The position numbers were made by a program, and so were the translations under genes. A stretch of 64,000 nt of DNA from Lytechinus pictus (Eukaryota): the NCBI RefSeq assembly GCF_037042905.1, contig NC_087246.1, positions 3,226,001-3,290,000 on the forward strand. Direction: 5' to 3'. Every line of letters begins with the position of its first letter. Within the stretch, counting starts at the first letter, position 1. Below are positions 12,801 to 26,700 of the stretch, piece by piece. Under the pieces are notes generated by a model. It saw only the letters and a program-made list of their open reading frames with translations. It searched no databases and was not told the origin of the DNA.

Positions 12801-15800
12801 TCTTAGGTTAACTTATAACATCTTAATTGCTGATGAAAATCAATGAAAGGCTTGATTGCCAACAGGCACAAGAAACAAGCCACTATATGCAACAACTGCT
12901 ACAAGCTTGTGATGATTGGTAGAGAGCAAAGATATTCGTGGAAACCATGAACAGGGTGCTTTATGGAGTACTCCCTTTCTCTGTATGTTTAATGTTAGAG
13001 GTGTAAGAATACAGATATATGACATATTGTATTAACCTCTTGTTTGTTCAGGACCCTCCAAACTTCTTTGTAGCAGCTATGAATCAAGACACATACATCA
13101 GCCCAGCTGTAATGCTTGCCATTAATGAATCCATGAATGATAGCAGCGGAAGAGATAGCCCTCCGGTAAGTTTGCAGACCTGGGCCCAGTAGCACGAAGC
13201 TTAACCCTTTGAACCCGATAGGCAGGAATACAGGCCTACCAGTGAACGTGTATATACCCGATAGGCCGGAATACCGGCCTACAGCCACGTGACTTTAAAA
13301 ATGACGTCATCTTTCTAGTACGTGTAGGAATATTTAGTCGATAATTTCAGTCAAGATTGGCAATGATTTCGGAAGGATTTTGCATAAAAAATTGCCAAAA
13401 TATGCCACTTTTCTGCGGTTACTTGTGTCGTATGTGCGGTGATACACGGCGTAATACGAGGCGAGTCACATGCTTACTATGGGGAAGCAATTGATATATC
13501 TGACTTTGGTAAAAACAGTGATTTTGAGCCCAAAACAGACACTAAAGTTGATATTTCTGTTTGTAGACTAGGTCTACGAGAAGGTAAACAACTTCAGCCG
13601 GCTCTGTCCGGGTACTAGCGGGGGGAACATGCCGTTGGGTCTCGAATCATGGGAGTTTGTGAATGTGGTCGATATGTGCAAATAATTCAGGGTATAGGTC
13701 ACTGCCGCCCCTAATAATTTAGGGTTCAAAGGGTTAACAATTAATTGTATGATTGATTTTTCATTGATTGTACATTGTGATTAATGCAATTAAAATATGT
13801 TCTCTGATCAATTGCTGAGCTTTGTGTTGCAGACCCCTGTGGAAAAGTCTACAATATATTAACACAGTGGATGATTTCAAGTCTATTGTCTAGTGTTAGT
13901 GTTGCCACACCACTGTGATGAGATTTCAATATCATAATCGTCTATTGTTCCTGTGTTACTGAATGATGTGACTGATTGAAGTCAATATACACTTAAGGTT
14001 GATCTCAAATATACATTTAACTCGTTCCATTTCATTTAATTTTCAAGCATACATGTATGTCCAAAGTAATTTGTCAAGAAGTGAAGATTAACTTATATGA
14101 TTTTATTTTACTTGGCCAAAAATGGGAACAGATATCTTAGTGAAGAATAAACACTCTTCAAGCCATCTGGATATTGGATGAAGAAGAATGCAAGCCATTC
14201 TAAGCCTAAAGAAAAGATATGTCACTTGAATATTTGGGCAAGATCCCCCCACCCATTGTATGGTAGGTGTTAACAGGTAGAATTTGAGATGAATTACCAT
14301 GGACTGAATTTATATGAGTTAGCTGAACTGAGCTATTTATAATCTGATTAGATCTAAGCTGGGCTGCATTAGGTAAACAAAAGTGAAATGAAATGATCAT
14401 AAGCTGAGATGGTCTGATTGAATATGAATCAAAGTAGCTTAAACTTAATTTGACAAAACTGAATTAAACTCAACTGAATAAAACAATCTGAATAATCACA
14501 AATAAACTTGAATTGAACTGTGAAGAAAAATTGATAAGTTATATCCATTTGATCTACTACCCAGCCTCCGAGTGAAGCATCAATTGAAGAGCCTGCTTTT
14601 GAAGAACCTGTTATGCACAGCGCTATGTTAGTAGACCTCATGTCATCTCCACCCCCACAACATAATGGACAGTTCCAACAACAACAAGTCCAACAGAGTG
14701 GTCCAGATGAAAGGTATCATATAAATCACATTTGAATATTTTTGTTCATATACCCATTGTTTGTACAAACCATGTGATCCATACAATCTATTAGGGGAAT
14801 TCCTTTGCAGACCTTAAATCAAACAATTTTGTATAGTATTTCTAAGAAGTATTTATGTCTTTTCTTATTGCAACTCTGTGCATAAAAACTGAATTCTATT
14901 TCCCTTGAATATAGCTCTAAAGGAATATTTCCTTAAGATTGCCTGCCTTTGAAAGTCAATGTTGATATCTCTTGGAGAGGACAAAGAAATATATCTTCAG
15001 AATTTTTTTTTACATAAATAACACTAGAGATTCTGAGATTCAAGAACAAAGACAGCAGCTGACAGAAAACTGAAGCAGATTAAATGCCGAAGCAAGTGAG
15101 AATCATGGGAAGTCTCAAGATGAGTAATGTACATAGAATTTGATTGATTTCTTATTTGAATAGATTTGATTTGTTTTTATTCTATTTGATTTGATTGATT
15201 TAATTTACGCTTGCAGAGATTGGATTATTGAGCAATTGAGAGAGGAGGTGAATCAACTCAAATTTGAACTTGACAGAACCAAACGAGAAGATCAAAGAAT
15301 CATTGAAGAACTCAAGAGAAGATTGATGGAAATGGAACAAGAAATGAATGAACATCGGACAGTGGTGGAGACACAGTGTGAGGTAAGAGTTTTCTCAGGA
15401 TCAGAGCCAATGGTAGCTTGCTGGAGACAGACTCTTAGAAGCCATTTTGATTTCCAACTCTTTGAACTCTTTGTAAGGTGTACAGTTTTTCTATGTTTTC
15501 AATTTCTCCTTAAAAAAAAAAATACCATCTTATCCCTAATTGCGCTTGAGGGGGGGGTGTGCTGGAATACTATAAGTCATAAAGATTTGTATGAATGAAC
15601 TAGTGCTGTAGCCGAACCGCCGAACCGAACGGTAGTTCGCCGAACATGGCACTTCCGAACCGAACAGAACCGAACCGAACCGAACACTAAGACTTGGTTC
15701 GGAAGTTCTGCAAAAAAAAAAAAAAACGGCTTTCAGCTAATAAATTTATAAGTTTACACCCTTTCTAATCATTATATTTGCGCATTCTCTAATCTTCTTT

Positions 15801-18800
15801 GCAATTGTATGTTGGAAGTATGCGCTTATTTTGCGGTTACTAGATTTTGTTTTCATTTTCATGTTGACATTGTGGTTTTTACGGCCCTGATTAAGAAAGG
15901 AGATCCGATGAATGATGTTGCGCGAGCTTGCGCTATAATCATTTTACTGGCTTTCATCATCTCTCGCTCTGTGGCCGAATCGCCGAAGCATGGTAAAGAA
16001 AACCAAAACTGTATGAGTGTTCATTGGTTAAATCTAATTATTTAAATATTGTTGTTTTTAGGTGGCGAACAAGATTCTTGTTTGAAAATCTTCAAAGTAT
16101 TTTGAATGAACGAGCTCAATAAACTGAAAGTGAAAGATGAAGTACCATTAATATTACGAACTTGGAATTACGATACGTGATTAAGATCGTAACTCGTGTA
16201 TTGTTGCGGCGGAGAATAAAGATCTGATTGAGGTGATTAACATTATTATTGAGGTGTCGGCTCGCTACTGTCTAGTTTTCATGATTTTAGAGAGAAGTAA
16301 AGAGTTTTGAAAACGAGAGATCCAGTGAAAGTGGGAAATAAAGTGAGTGACTGTTAGAGATGGAAAGGACACGCAAAACAAATAATATAGAAATGAGATG
16401 AGGTGAAGTTATCTTTTTTATTATAAACAATCAGATGAAAATAAAAATCAAACACTCATGAATGATTACGGTATAGCATATAGCAAGATCCCCTTCCCCT
16501 CGTTGAAAAGTTGAATGAAGATAAAGCGGAAACAGTCATCTCTTGGGGGAAAATGACCCCCAATCTTTACTTTTTTCCCTTTCTTATCAACTTCTCAAAT
16601 TAACCATAAACAATTCGATGATCACTCTACTCCCCCTGTCCCATTACAGTCGTAAAACTTTGCATCCCACTTTGTCTGTATTTTCATGGTCGAATGAAAT
16701 CTGACCAATAAAATCATAGAAATCTCGGCAATTGCTCTTCAATCGGTGAGCTGAGTTTCGCGGGTGACAAAGCACGTGGCTGTATGTACCAATGCGACAA
16801 TCAGCGACATGCGATTGGTGGTTTAGTTCACCCATCGAGCCAATTAGCGAAAGGCACATTACATAAGCACGCTTTCTTCGACACGCCCTGGCCCTACTAT
16901 GCCTGCAGTTCAGTGCACTGGCGCTGGCCGCCTCGTATGTGATGCAATGGCCAATCACGTTTGGCCGGACTGTAAATATAAATATTCATGAGCTCAGAGT
17001 CCCGCTACAAGGGGACTGCATGCGCTGGCCTAGCTGGTACTGGTACGAGTGCGAGCGTAGTTAATTTGGCAAGTATCCAAAGCGTGGTCCAGGGATGGAC
17101 GACGAGGAAGAGTCGCCATTTTAGAACTGTGAGTTACCCAATAAATCTGTCATCAGATAATCAAATTCGAGATAACAGTTGATTCGTTGAGCGCTATAAC
17201 TTTCATAGTGTCATGTCAACAAGATAGAGATAAAATGGTTTGATGTGACAGAGGACACGCGAGCACATGCAGTCAATCAAGTACAAATTGTCTACCGGTA
17301 CGCTACGTATACCTGAATGAACTATAACTTTATCAGTCTATCATTACCGAACCCCGAACCGAACCAATGTTCGGCAATTTTCTGCCGAACGTTGCCGAAC
17401 CGAACCGAACCCGAACATGGCGCCTGACTTGCAGCACTAGAATGAACTGCATTTAACTCTTGGGATCTTGATGCTATTCTTGAAAATCCCTTTGTGGTAA
17501 GAGAGAAATTGTGTGAGATTACAGACAGGCAACCTAACACAATGTGAGATTGGCAAGAAATGAGTATCATGTATATTGTGATATGCTTTTAACGTAGGCC
17601 TGATGAAAGAGGTGGAGAATAAGCATGATGCTTTATGTGGGAATCTTATGATTAATAAGTGAAATTTGCATGTCTAAATACTCATTAATCATAAGAGGTC
17701 AGAGGACAGTACCCAAATGTGTGTGACAGATATATACACATCTCTTTCGTCTTGAATTTCCTGGTTGCCAGGTCATTTAAGTTAGCCCATTTTGTTAATT
17801 ACAACTTACAAGATTCTCAAGTCATTTGTAATTAGAAAATTTATAGTTTCCCCATTTACTTTGTGATTTTGCAGGAAAATGAGACGCTACGTGACAAAGT
17901 AAAGGAACTAGAGTATGCTGCTCTCATGGTTTCTGAAGAAAAATTAGTTGATGCAGAAAGTGAGTAACCGTATCAAATGAGCAATATTATTTGTATTTTT
18001 TGTCATTAGGCTTTGATATAAGGAAGAGTTATGTAGAGAAATCAAATTACAAAGTAAGAAGAGGAACAAACGGGAAATAATTTCACTGATTATACCACTT
18101 AAGGAAATTAATCCTAAAATAAGTTTGTATGGATTGATACAGGAAATGAAAGAATTGAGTTTTAAAAAGTTTGAACCAGTTGTAAATTGTAATTAGAAAG
18201 AAGAAGTGTAACGATTTACACTTTAAGTACATCAGTCAAATGCTGTTATAGATTTCAAAGTATACAAATTTGTCAGTTTATTTGAATACGTTCATCCCTT
18301 CACTTACTTGTGAAACATATATGTATTTTAGTAATGTCTTTTAATTCTGTACCTTTATTTTGATCATTGTTGATTATATGTATTGTAAGGACCAACATAC
18401 AGATAGAGTAAAGTGATACTCTGTATGTTAGTGAGTTTTCTTGAAGCACTTGAGGTTCATTTTATTGCATTATTTCCTTCCAATGAATTTAACATTCCCT
18501 TCTCACACACTCTTGTTTCTTGTTTTCAACTGCAAACAGGACGGTCAAAAGTAAATGAGGAAAGGTTTAAAAAGATGAAAGATGTGTACACTAAGCTAAG
18601 AGAAGAACATCTATCTCTTCTGAGAGTGGTGAGTGCTCTGATTTCTCTTTCTTTCTAAGGAAAAGTCTCCTTGACCTTCATATCTATCACTACTTAAGTA
18701 CTTTCACTTTCGTTATATGCATTAAAGTTGAAAATAGAGAATGTAGAAATATGAGAGCTTGCTTTTATTCTGAACCCTTTAAACATGATTAAATTTCACT

Positions 18801-21800
18801 ATGTTTTTCAAAATAGATAATATAGAAATATGAGAGCTTGCTTTTATTCTGAACCCTTTAAACATGATTCAATTTCGTTATGTTTTTCAATAGCCCAAGT
18901 GATCTTGGGCATAAAGCCCAATGGGTTGAAAGGAAGCAAAAGACTGCTATATGAAGCTTAATATTTCAAGGAAAACTTTATTATTATTAGCACTGTCTGA
19001 ATAAATGAAGCACAGATTATTAAGTATACATGTGTGAATGTTTCAGAAAAGAAGGAAATCTAATAATGAAGGTCAGTAGAACAAAGAAATACTGGGACTT
19101 TAAAATGTCAAATAGACAAGGCACCTTAAACCACCTGGCCATTGATTTTTCTTTTGAAATTGTCTGGCTTTGGTAGGGATGCTCTGCCATCTTTACTGTT
19201 ATTATTACACTAACAAGTAAAATAAATGCATTAGCTCAACTTTTGATTACTCATAGTTCATCCCTATCAACAAAATCAACAACACACTTCCATTCACTAA
19301 TATTCTCCATGTCTTAAAGTGAATAGATAATTTTAATCATATAAATTTGTATCAAACTATGCATTGTAGCCAATGGGCCTATATTTAGAGTGGAATATAT
19401 AATTCAAATGGAATTAATACATTTCAAACTCTGCATTCAGAATGCTGAAGCTAATAAGCATCTGACGACGGTATCTAAGAGCTCAGAGGAGATGGTTGCT
19501 GCAAGACAGACGGCTGAAAAAACTGTAGAGAAGCTACAGATGTCTATAGCTCAAACAGCAAGCAGAGAAGCCCAACTCAAGAGACAGATGGAAGAACAAA
19601 GAAAAAAATTGCTTGGTAAAACATAAAACCCAATTTGCTCTGATAGGGTGATTAGCATTGTTCTTAAATTTTTGTTTAGATATCACAAGTATTCATGGAA
19701 ACAAAGATGAGGATGATAAAGATTATGATTAGGAAGATGGTGATGATGAGGAGGAGAAGAAGAATGATAATGATGATGAGGATTATGATTGTGATGGTGG
19801 TGGTGGTGGTGGTGGTGATGATGATGATGATTGATGAGGAGGAGGAGAAGAATAATGATGATGATGATGATGAGGATGAGGAGGAGGAGGAGGAGGAGAA
19901 TAGTGATGGTGGTGGTGGTGATGATGATGGCGATTGTGACTACCAGCATCACTAAAATTAACCCGATTGAAGCTGAATGATTATTACACTTATTGCCCAC
20001 TTGATTGATATTTCTGACCATTACCATCATCAGTATGTCTCTTCTATATTTCTCTCTTTAGCCAAGGCTGTAGAAGGTGCTGAAGAGACATTAAAGCTAA
20101 TCATCCAACAGATGGAAGATCCTCAGTTTGCTTCAGCAACATGTACACCAGGTTAGAAATACCCTGATACAAGTCACATCAGGCGTTTTCACTCCTGGGA
20201 CCTGTTTCAAGAAGTAGTACAGTTTATCTTATATTTCTAATTATTGTAACTACCATAGAAACCTTGATTATGATTGGCTACTGAGACCTGTTACCAGGTA
20301 GTTACAGTAAAAGGCAAAGATGCCACAATCATAAGTCCTTTATGAAATGGGGCCCCGAGACCCATCTGGCAAACTTCATGTAAATGAGAATTTGCTGAGG
20401 CTTAAAAATACCAGATTGATTATTTCCTGCTTTCACATCTGACTGAAACTAGCAAATTGCCTGGTATTTTGTGATTTAGGAAGAATACCAAACCAGAAAA
20501 TGTTGGGTATATTTCTAATTGGGTAGGTGTGAATTTACCTTTGAATATATTGGCATACATGCATGGAGCATATGTATGCATACATTGCATTGAGCATATG
20601 GCATCGAGCTTACTCCTACCAAATTAGTTTTTGCTTTGAATAAAACTAGATAACACTTTAAAATTGGTTACTGACAAATAGTTGGTCATTAATTTATTCT
20701 TTTTCCCATGCAATGATGGTATGTCCTCTAATTAACAGTTGATTTTGATTTTAAAAATGAAGGGAAAAGCACTTCCATTTCTGTAGACATCCTTACACAA
20801 AGTTGGAATTCTACTGTGTACAATATCTCTTACTTTTTACCTTTTGTCGAGAAACATTTTCTTGTACATGTACTGTACATGGTGTGATGGTAATATATCT
20901 ACTCATCTTTCTCCTCCCCCCTCTCCCTTTGTATGACTGCCATAGAATATCTTCAAAGTAGAGCCCCTATAGCTGATGAATGTGTGGATAATCTTGAGAG
21001 ATCTTATAACTCTTACCAGCAGAACAGCAATGGTATGTATCAAGTCTTATGCTCCCTTTCCTTATCAGGACCATGTATCATTAAATTTACAATTGTATAA
21101 TTCAAGGAATTCAATTGCTGCCAGGTACCCATTTACCTCACCTGGGTCGAATGCAGTGCGATGTGGATCAATATCTCGCTGAAGGAAATTGGGATTCCAA
21201 CCCATAGCCCTCTGTTTAAAAGTCTGGAGACTAATCTTCTGGGCCACAGCACTCCAAATGGTCAAACTTGTTTTAGATAACAAATTCTTGAGACTGATTT
21301 AGTTTATATTTCATCTACATGGAATTTAAAATGATATATTGAAAATGCATAAAAATAGCAATGGCTTGCCAGCATTTGGATCCTGCACAATCAGCAGTTT
21401 GTGAAGAGGAAGGAAAGCTTTTCCGACATCATACCCATGAACATGTCATATTCCATCATGTTCAATTTTTTTTTTCACCGATTTCCACATATTAAATGAT
21501 TTCTTTTCCAGATTTTGGAGGGCTGATTGGTTCCATTGCCTCATTTTCTCATTCACTTGGTGAATATCTGCTGCAGGGGAAAGCCACATCTAATCTTGCT
21601 CCTGTTGATGTTGGGGAAAGTAAGTAATATGACTTCAAGCAATTTCTTTCTGTCTAATCAGACATCATCTACTGGCTTTAAAGTCAGTCAATCCTGGCCT
21701 CATAATTTCTCCATTCACTATCACCAACCCCCAGGATTGATTTCAAGTTTGGTGTTGGTATCGGGCGATCTTAAGCTGACAAACAGGATGAGATATCAGG

Positions 21801-23683
21801 GTAAAAATTGTGCTTGTACAGTTAATACGAGCATGTTTCATTAGAGCTTTACACATTTTAATGAGCAATAATATTAATTCCTTCATATTCTTGAAGTGAT
21901 TTTAGACTTTGCCATCTGTACAATGAGACTCTACTGCAATTCCTCCTCAATATCACTTTCATTGCTGAGATTTCTTGCATAAAGTTTACATGAATAGCAC
22001 TATAGCAGCATAGCCCATATTGATAACATGATAGGTAATGTACTTCTGAACCCAGCTCGGAGTTGGCGCTTGGTTCAGCAGCCTTTTTCACACTCTCGAC
22101 ATCATCTTTAACACCAGATTATTTAATGATCACCCAGATAAGGCAAGAAAAATCATACAATTTCTATTTGTCTTACAACTCAACTCTATTCTTATTTTTG
22201 TGGTCACTTGCTAATAAATAAACATGGCAGGTATCAAATCAGGGGAATTGTGCTTTTTGTAAAGTTTATTACTCTAGCATTTAAATGGAGAAAAAGTGGA
22301 CTGTAAGTTTTATTCGTTTTTAAAATTTAAGTTTGTCAAGTTTATATGATTTATCTCACTCTTTCTGTAATGTTTACAATTAAAAAATTTGTCTTTAAGA
22401 TATGTGTATCAGAAAACAATTTGCTGATTGAATCCTGATATTTTCGTCCCATTCCATGCTTGGGAAATGGTCTACATCAGAAAGAAAAAAAAAATGTGGA
22501 AACATTTCTGGGACCCAATTTCCATAGATTAGACCAATTTATTGTAAACTGTAACCTCATACATCATAATTTATATGACAAAGTTATTTTTATTGGTGTT
22601 GTTTTGTTATTTTTTAGGATTATCATCCAATTGCCTCGCGACTTGTAACAGTGCCTTGACAGTCCTACAGTCATTGAAAGAAGAAGATCAACAAAACTTT
22701 ACCAAGAATGAAAACAATTTGAGAGATAAACTTAGAGATATCTCTCACCTTACACAGGTAAGATAGAAGAGATCTTTACAGTCTGGTGTAATAGAGTTTA
22801 TTCAAACCAAAACGATCATTGTTATAATACAGGTATGGCAGAAAAGACTTGTGGTTCACTGTGTAGATGAGGTAGGGTGTCTTTCATTGTGTGGGGTTGG
22901 TTGCTTGCTTACAGAGTTTACACCCCATTTTAGGGACTTTAGCTAGCATCATGGAAAATGCTTCTTGTTCTCATTCTCTTCTCGCCTTTGGTTTCTGTCA
23001 ATGTCATTCCACCGTACAGAAGTTCTGTTAGATTTGACCACATGGAGAGCCATAGGCCTCTTCTGCGTATTGTAATCCTGTTTTAATTGTATGTACATAA
23101 TGCCTCTTTATTTTTCATTTTTACAAGTGCAATTTTCAATTTTAAATTTATTATATGTGTAGTTATGTCCATTTCCTATGTCTCTAAGTGCTGCAAAATC
23201 CATTCTGTAATGTTTTAACTATGTACATGTAGGTGTAATTAAATATGTTATAATGAGATATTTGTACATACCAGCCTGTCTTTTGAAGAAATATGAATGA
23301 ATTCAAATGCAGTTAGAAATGTTAGTTTCATGTTAATGAAGTGTGTGAACAGTGTGATACAGATGAGGACCACAGAAATTAGTTTTTGGCAAAAGAAGAA
23401 TAAGCTATATAAAGTATGTTTCATTTATTCTGGTCTGCAAAACAGCTTTGTCTTTATTATTCGACATACATGTATGCTAGATCGACATTATATGCAGACC
23501 TATTGTATTTCATTTGTTCAAGAAATGTGTGTTTGATTATGTAGGAGCTGATATCTGAGGAGACAAGTAAAACAGAAGAGATTGGTGATCTTGTAGAGAC
23601 AGAGATGCAGTCAACATCAGACCTTGTTGATCAGGCGGCTATTAGGATAGAGGTAATGTGTCTTGTTTATCAGGAAGATGCAG

Positions 23684-23715
<32 letters not shown>

Positions 23716-26700
23716 GATGATGATGATGATAGTGATGATGATGTTGCTGATGACCATAACGATTGTAGTTATATGACTAATGGTGCTGATTAAAATTGTG
23801 GTCTTTATATTGATTGTTATGATAGTGTTGTTGATGATGATTTTCGTGGTGGTGATAGTGGTTATAACAGTAGTGGTGCGGGTGATGATTACGACGATGA
23901 CGATGATGATGATAAAAGAAGTAACATTTTTATTATATCGGAAGAAGTATGCGATTATTTTTGTTGATAGTTAGGTCATGACGGGGTTATAGTTAGGTGT
24001 GATGATAATGAGGGTCTCCCTGAGGATGGAATGTAATATTTGACTGATCCACCCTATTCTATCCTGATCACATATTCCATAACCCATTTGATCTTGTTCA
24101 ATAGGAGATGTTGAAGAGGTCAAGAGAAGCAGATACCGGTGTAAAGCTTGAAGTGAATGAGAGGATTCTAGATTCCTGTACACAGCTTATGATCTGTATC
24201 AAAGAACTCATCACCAAGTCAAAGTCACTACAGCAAGAAATTGTAGCAAGTGGAAGGGTGAGTGATCTTGAATACAACTGAAATACAATTAACCAAGTAG
24301 CAGAGCAGTATACTGTCATTTTGAAATATATATATACACATTACATGAGATTTGATCAATTTTCTAAGGCTGCTAAGCACCCCTAGGATAAATTACTTGA
24401 AGGGTCTACTGCACAAGGAGTTTTGACAAGCTGCCTGACATAGCAATAATTCTGAAATGTCAAAACTTGTGTAAAGCATATCATGTGTGTACTTATAATG
24501 AAAAAGAATTTTATTTCAAATTTAAATTTTGACACTAAAATTGTCATTTAGCTAAATGAATTGACTGACATAGCAACTAATTCTCCTAATTTAAATATAT
24601 TTGCTTGAAACTGGGTATTAGGAAAGTTTTTGTTTTTGTTTTTTTTCTAATTCCTTGCTGCAATACATCCATGCAGGCCTAAAGTTTTGTTCATGCTTGT
24701 TTTATCATCTACCTCCATGGTTTTATGGATAAAAATTGATATATGTAATGGAATGCCAAGGGGGTAACCTTTATACACTGCTGGAAGGGACCCCAGTGCA
24801 GCAAGGAAAAAGAGTTGTCCACCTTTGACAAGTTGCTCATGGACCTTGTTACTTATATTATTTCAACAACAATTTAACCCAAAATGAGGGTTTTGCTTGC
24901 TCATTGTCATCTTCTAAGTTTATCAGCTTTTATAGTTTTGGTGGTTGAATACCTGACTGCCATTAATGCATAAATTTTTGCTGATAAGAACTGATAACTT
25001 TAGGCCTTCTCTGTGTGTGGATGATACATCTACTTCCTTCTGACAATCTTATGTTGAAAAGGCAGTCTATAAAGTATATATGTCTGCTTCATTCAGACGT
25101 AATGATATTCAAATTAAACATCAAACTAAAGTGAATCGGACCCTACTCCTCCAAACAGGGTACAGCATCAGCAAAGGAATTTTACAAACGTCATCATCGA
25201 TGGACAGAAGGTCTCCTATCTGCTGCCAAATTGGTTGGGGTTGGAGCTTCTCATTTAGTGTAAGTACTGATGAACTTTGACATACATATATGACAGTGTA
25301 ATCTATTTGTACTACAGGGGATCTAGAAGAGTGTTGATTGATCATTAATTTAACAAGTGTTTTATTATCAAGTTGTCTCCCTTTTCATCCTTATTGAATC
25401 TGTCACTCAAAGGGCTCAAGTAATATAGTTTTCCATTCAGGAGACTCTGGAACACAGAGGATTAGGATTGGGGAATCAGGAGGGAATGTGGAGAGTCAGA
25501 TCAGATTGAAGGGATCAGCTATTCCAACTTTAATAACTTAATAATATTTTTGAAAAAGTTTTTTCTTCATGTACTATAAGTTGAAGCAATGAATAAACTA
25601 AATGTAATCCAATGTAGTGATATAGAATTTAAAAATAAAAGACAATAAGAATATTGTTTCAAACTTTTCATAATCTTCTTCTCCTTGAGCAGGGATAGTT
25701 CTGATAAGGTTATGAGTGGAAGAGGCAAGTTTGAGGAGCTTATGGTGTGTTCTCATGAGATAGCAGCCAGCACAGCCCAGTTGGTTGCAGCAAGTAAGGT
25801 CAAAGCAGACAAGGGCAGTGTTAACCTTAAAGGTCTCCAGGTAGCATCAAGGAATGTTGCAACTGCTACAGCGGGAGTGGTGGCCTCGGCAAAGACAGGG
25901 GCTCAGATGATTGCAGAAGGAGGTAAGAATTAGTGTTGGGATGAGTGTTCTATGATAATTTTTAAGTTGATTACTGAATTTAGTACCTCATAAAGATCTT
26001 GTAAACGGAGCACTTGTCCCTGTATGCAATGGGTTAATTTGTGTTAAGAGCTTCTCACTTCACAATGATGGTGATCACATTGGTTTCCAGCATGTGGTGT
26101 CAGCTTTCCTGACACCACTGCATAAGAGGCCAAACATAAGACCTTACCCTAACACTGATTTACATCCTCGTATTTTATTCTTAAGCCTAGAACAACCTTA
26201 TTCTAATTGTCTAAAGAGAAATTACAGCTCGAGCAACTGTCACAGAAAAAAATGAAAAAAACAACAAAAACATTGATCTCTGATCACAGTGATTAAATGA
26301 GAATGATAAAGGTGATGAAGCTGATTTTGAGAGTAGCTTAGGTTATTATGATTAAAACAAGAGTGATGTTTCATGATAATGCCATAGTGCAGCTTTTGAC
26401 CCATTTTGACACCCCAACAATATATCAACTGATTCTTCTTACTTATATAGTCAAAGTTAACAATACTAATAAGAAGATCATGCATATTAAATGAATATAT
26501 ATTCCTCTTTCCTCAAGATTCACCTGACTTTACAAAACTGAAGCTTACCCAGACTAAGCGAATGGAGATGGAGGCTCAGGTAACAGTCCTGGAGCTGGAG
26601 AGTAAGCTTGAGAAGGAGCGTGTTCTCCTTGCGGAGCTACGCAAGCGGCACTACCAGCTAGCAGGAGCTTCCGAGGGATGGGACGAAGAGGTTAGTATGT

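Noticed and set aside
14714..14722. Donor GTATCATAT as a second U12 intron
   Set aside because: It deviates from GTATCCTT, and no TCCTTRAC branch point precedes the acceptor at 15216.
15809..17182. ORFs inside the hAT element as transposase remnants
   Set aside because: Short, with no BED finger, DDE or hATC dimerisation motifs recognisable.
19683..20030. His-rich and acidic ORFs
   Set aside because: Intronic trinucleotide microsatellite.
23653..23974. Poly-Asp extension and hydrophobic ORF
   Set aside because: Read-through past the donor at 23653 into a (GAT)n repeat.
25682..25692. TCCTTGAG before an acceptor as a U12 branch point
   Set aside because: Too close to the AG, and the matching donor is U2-type GTAAGT.
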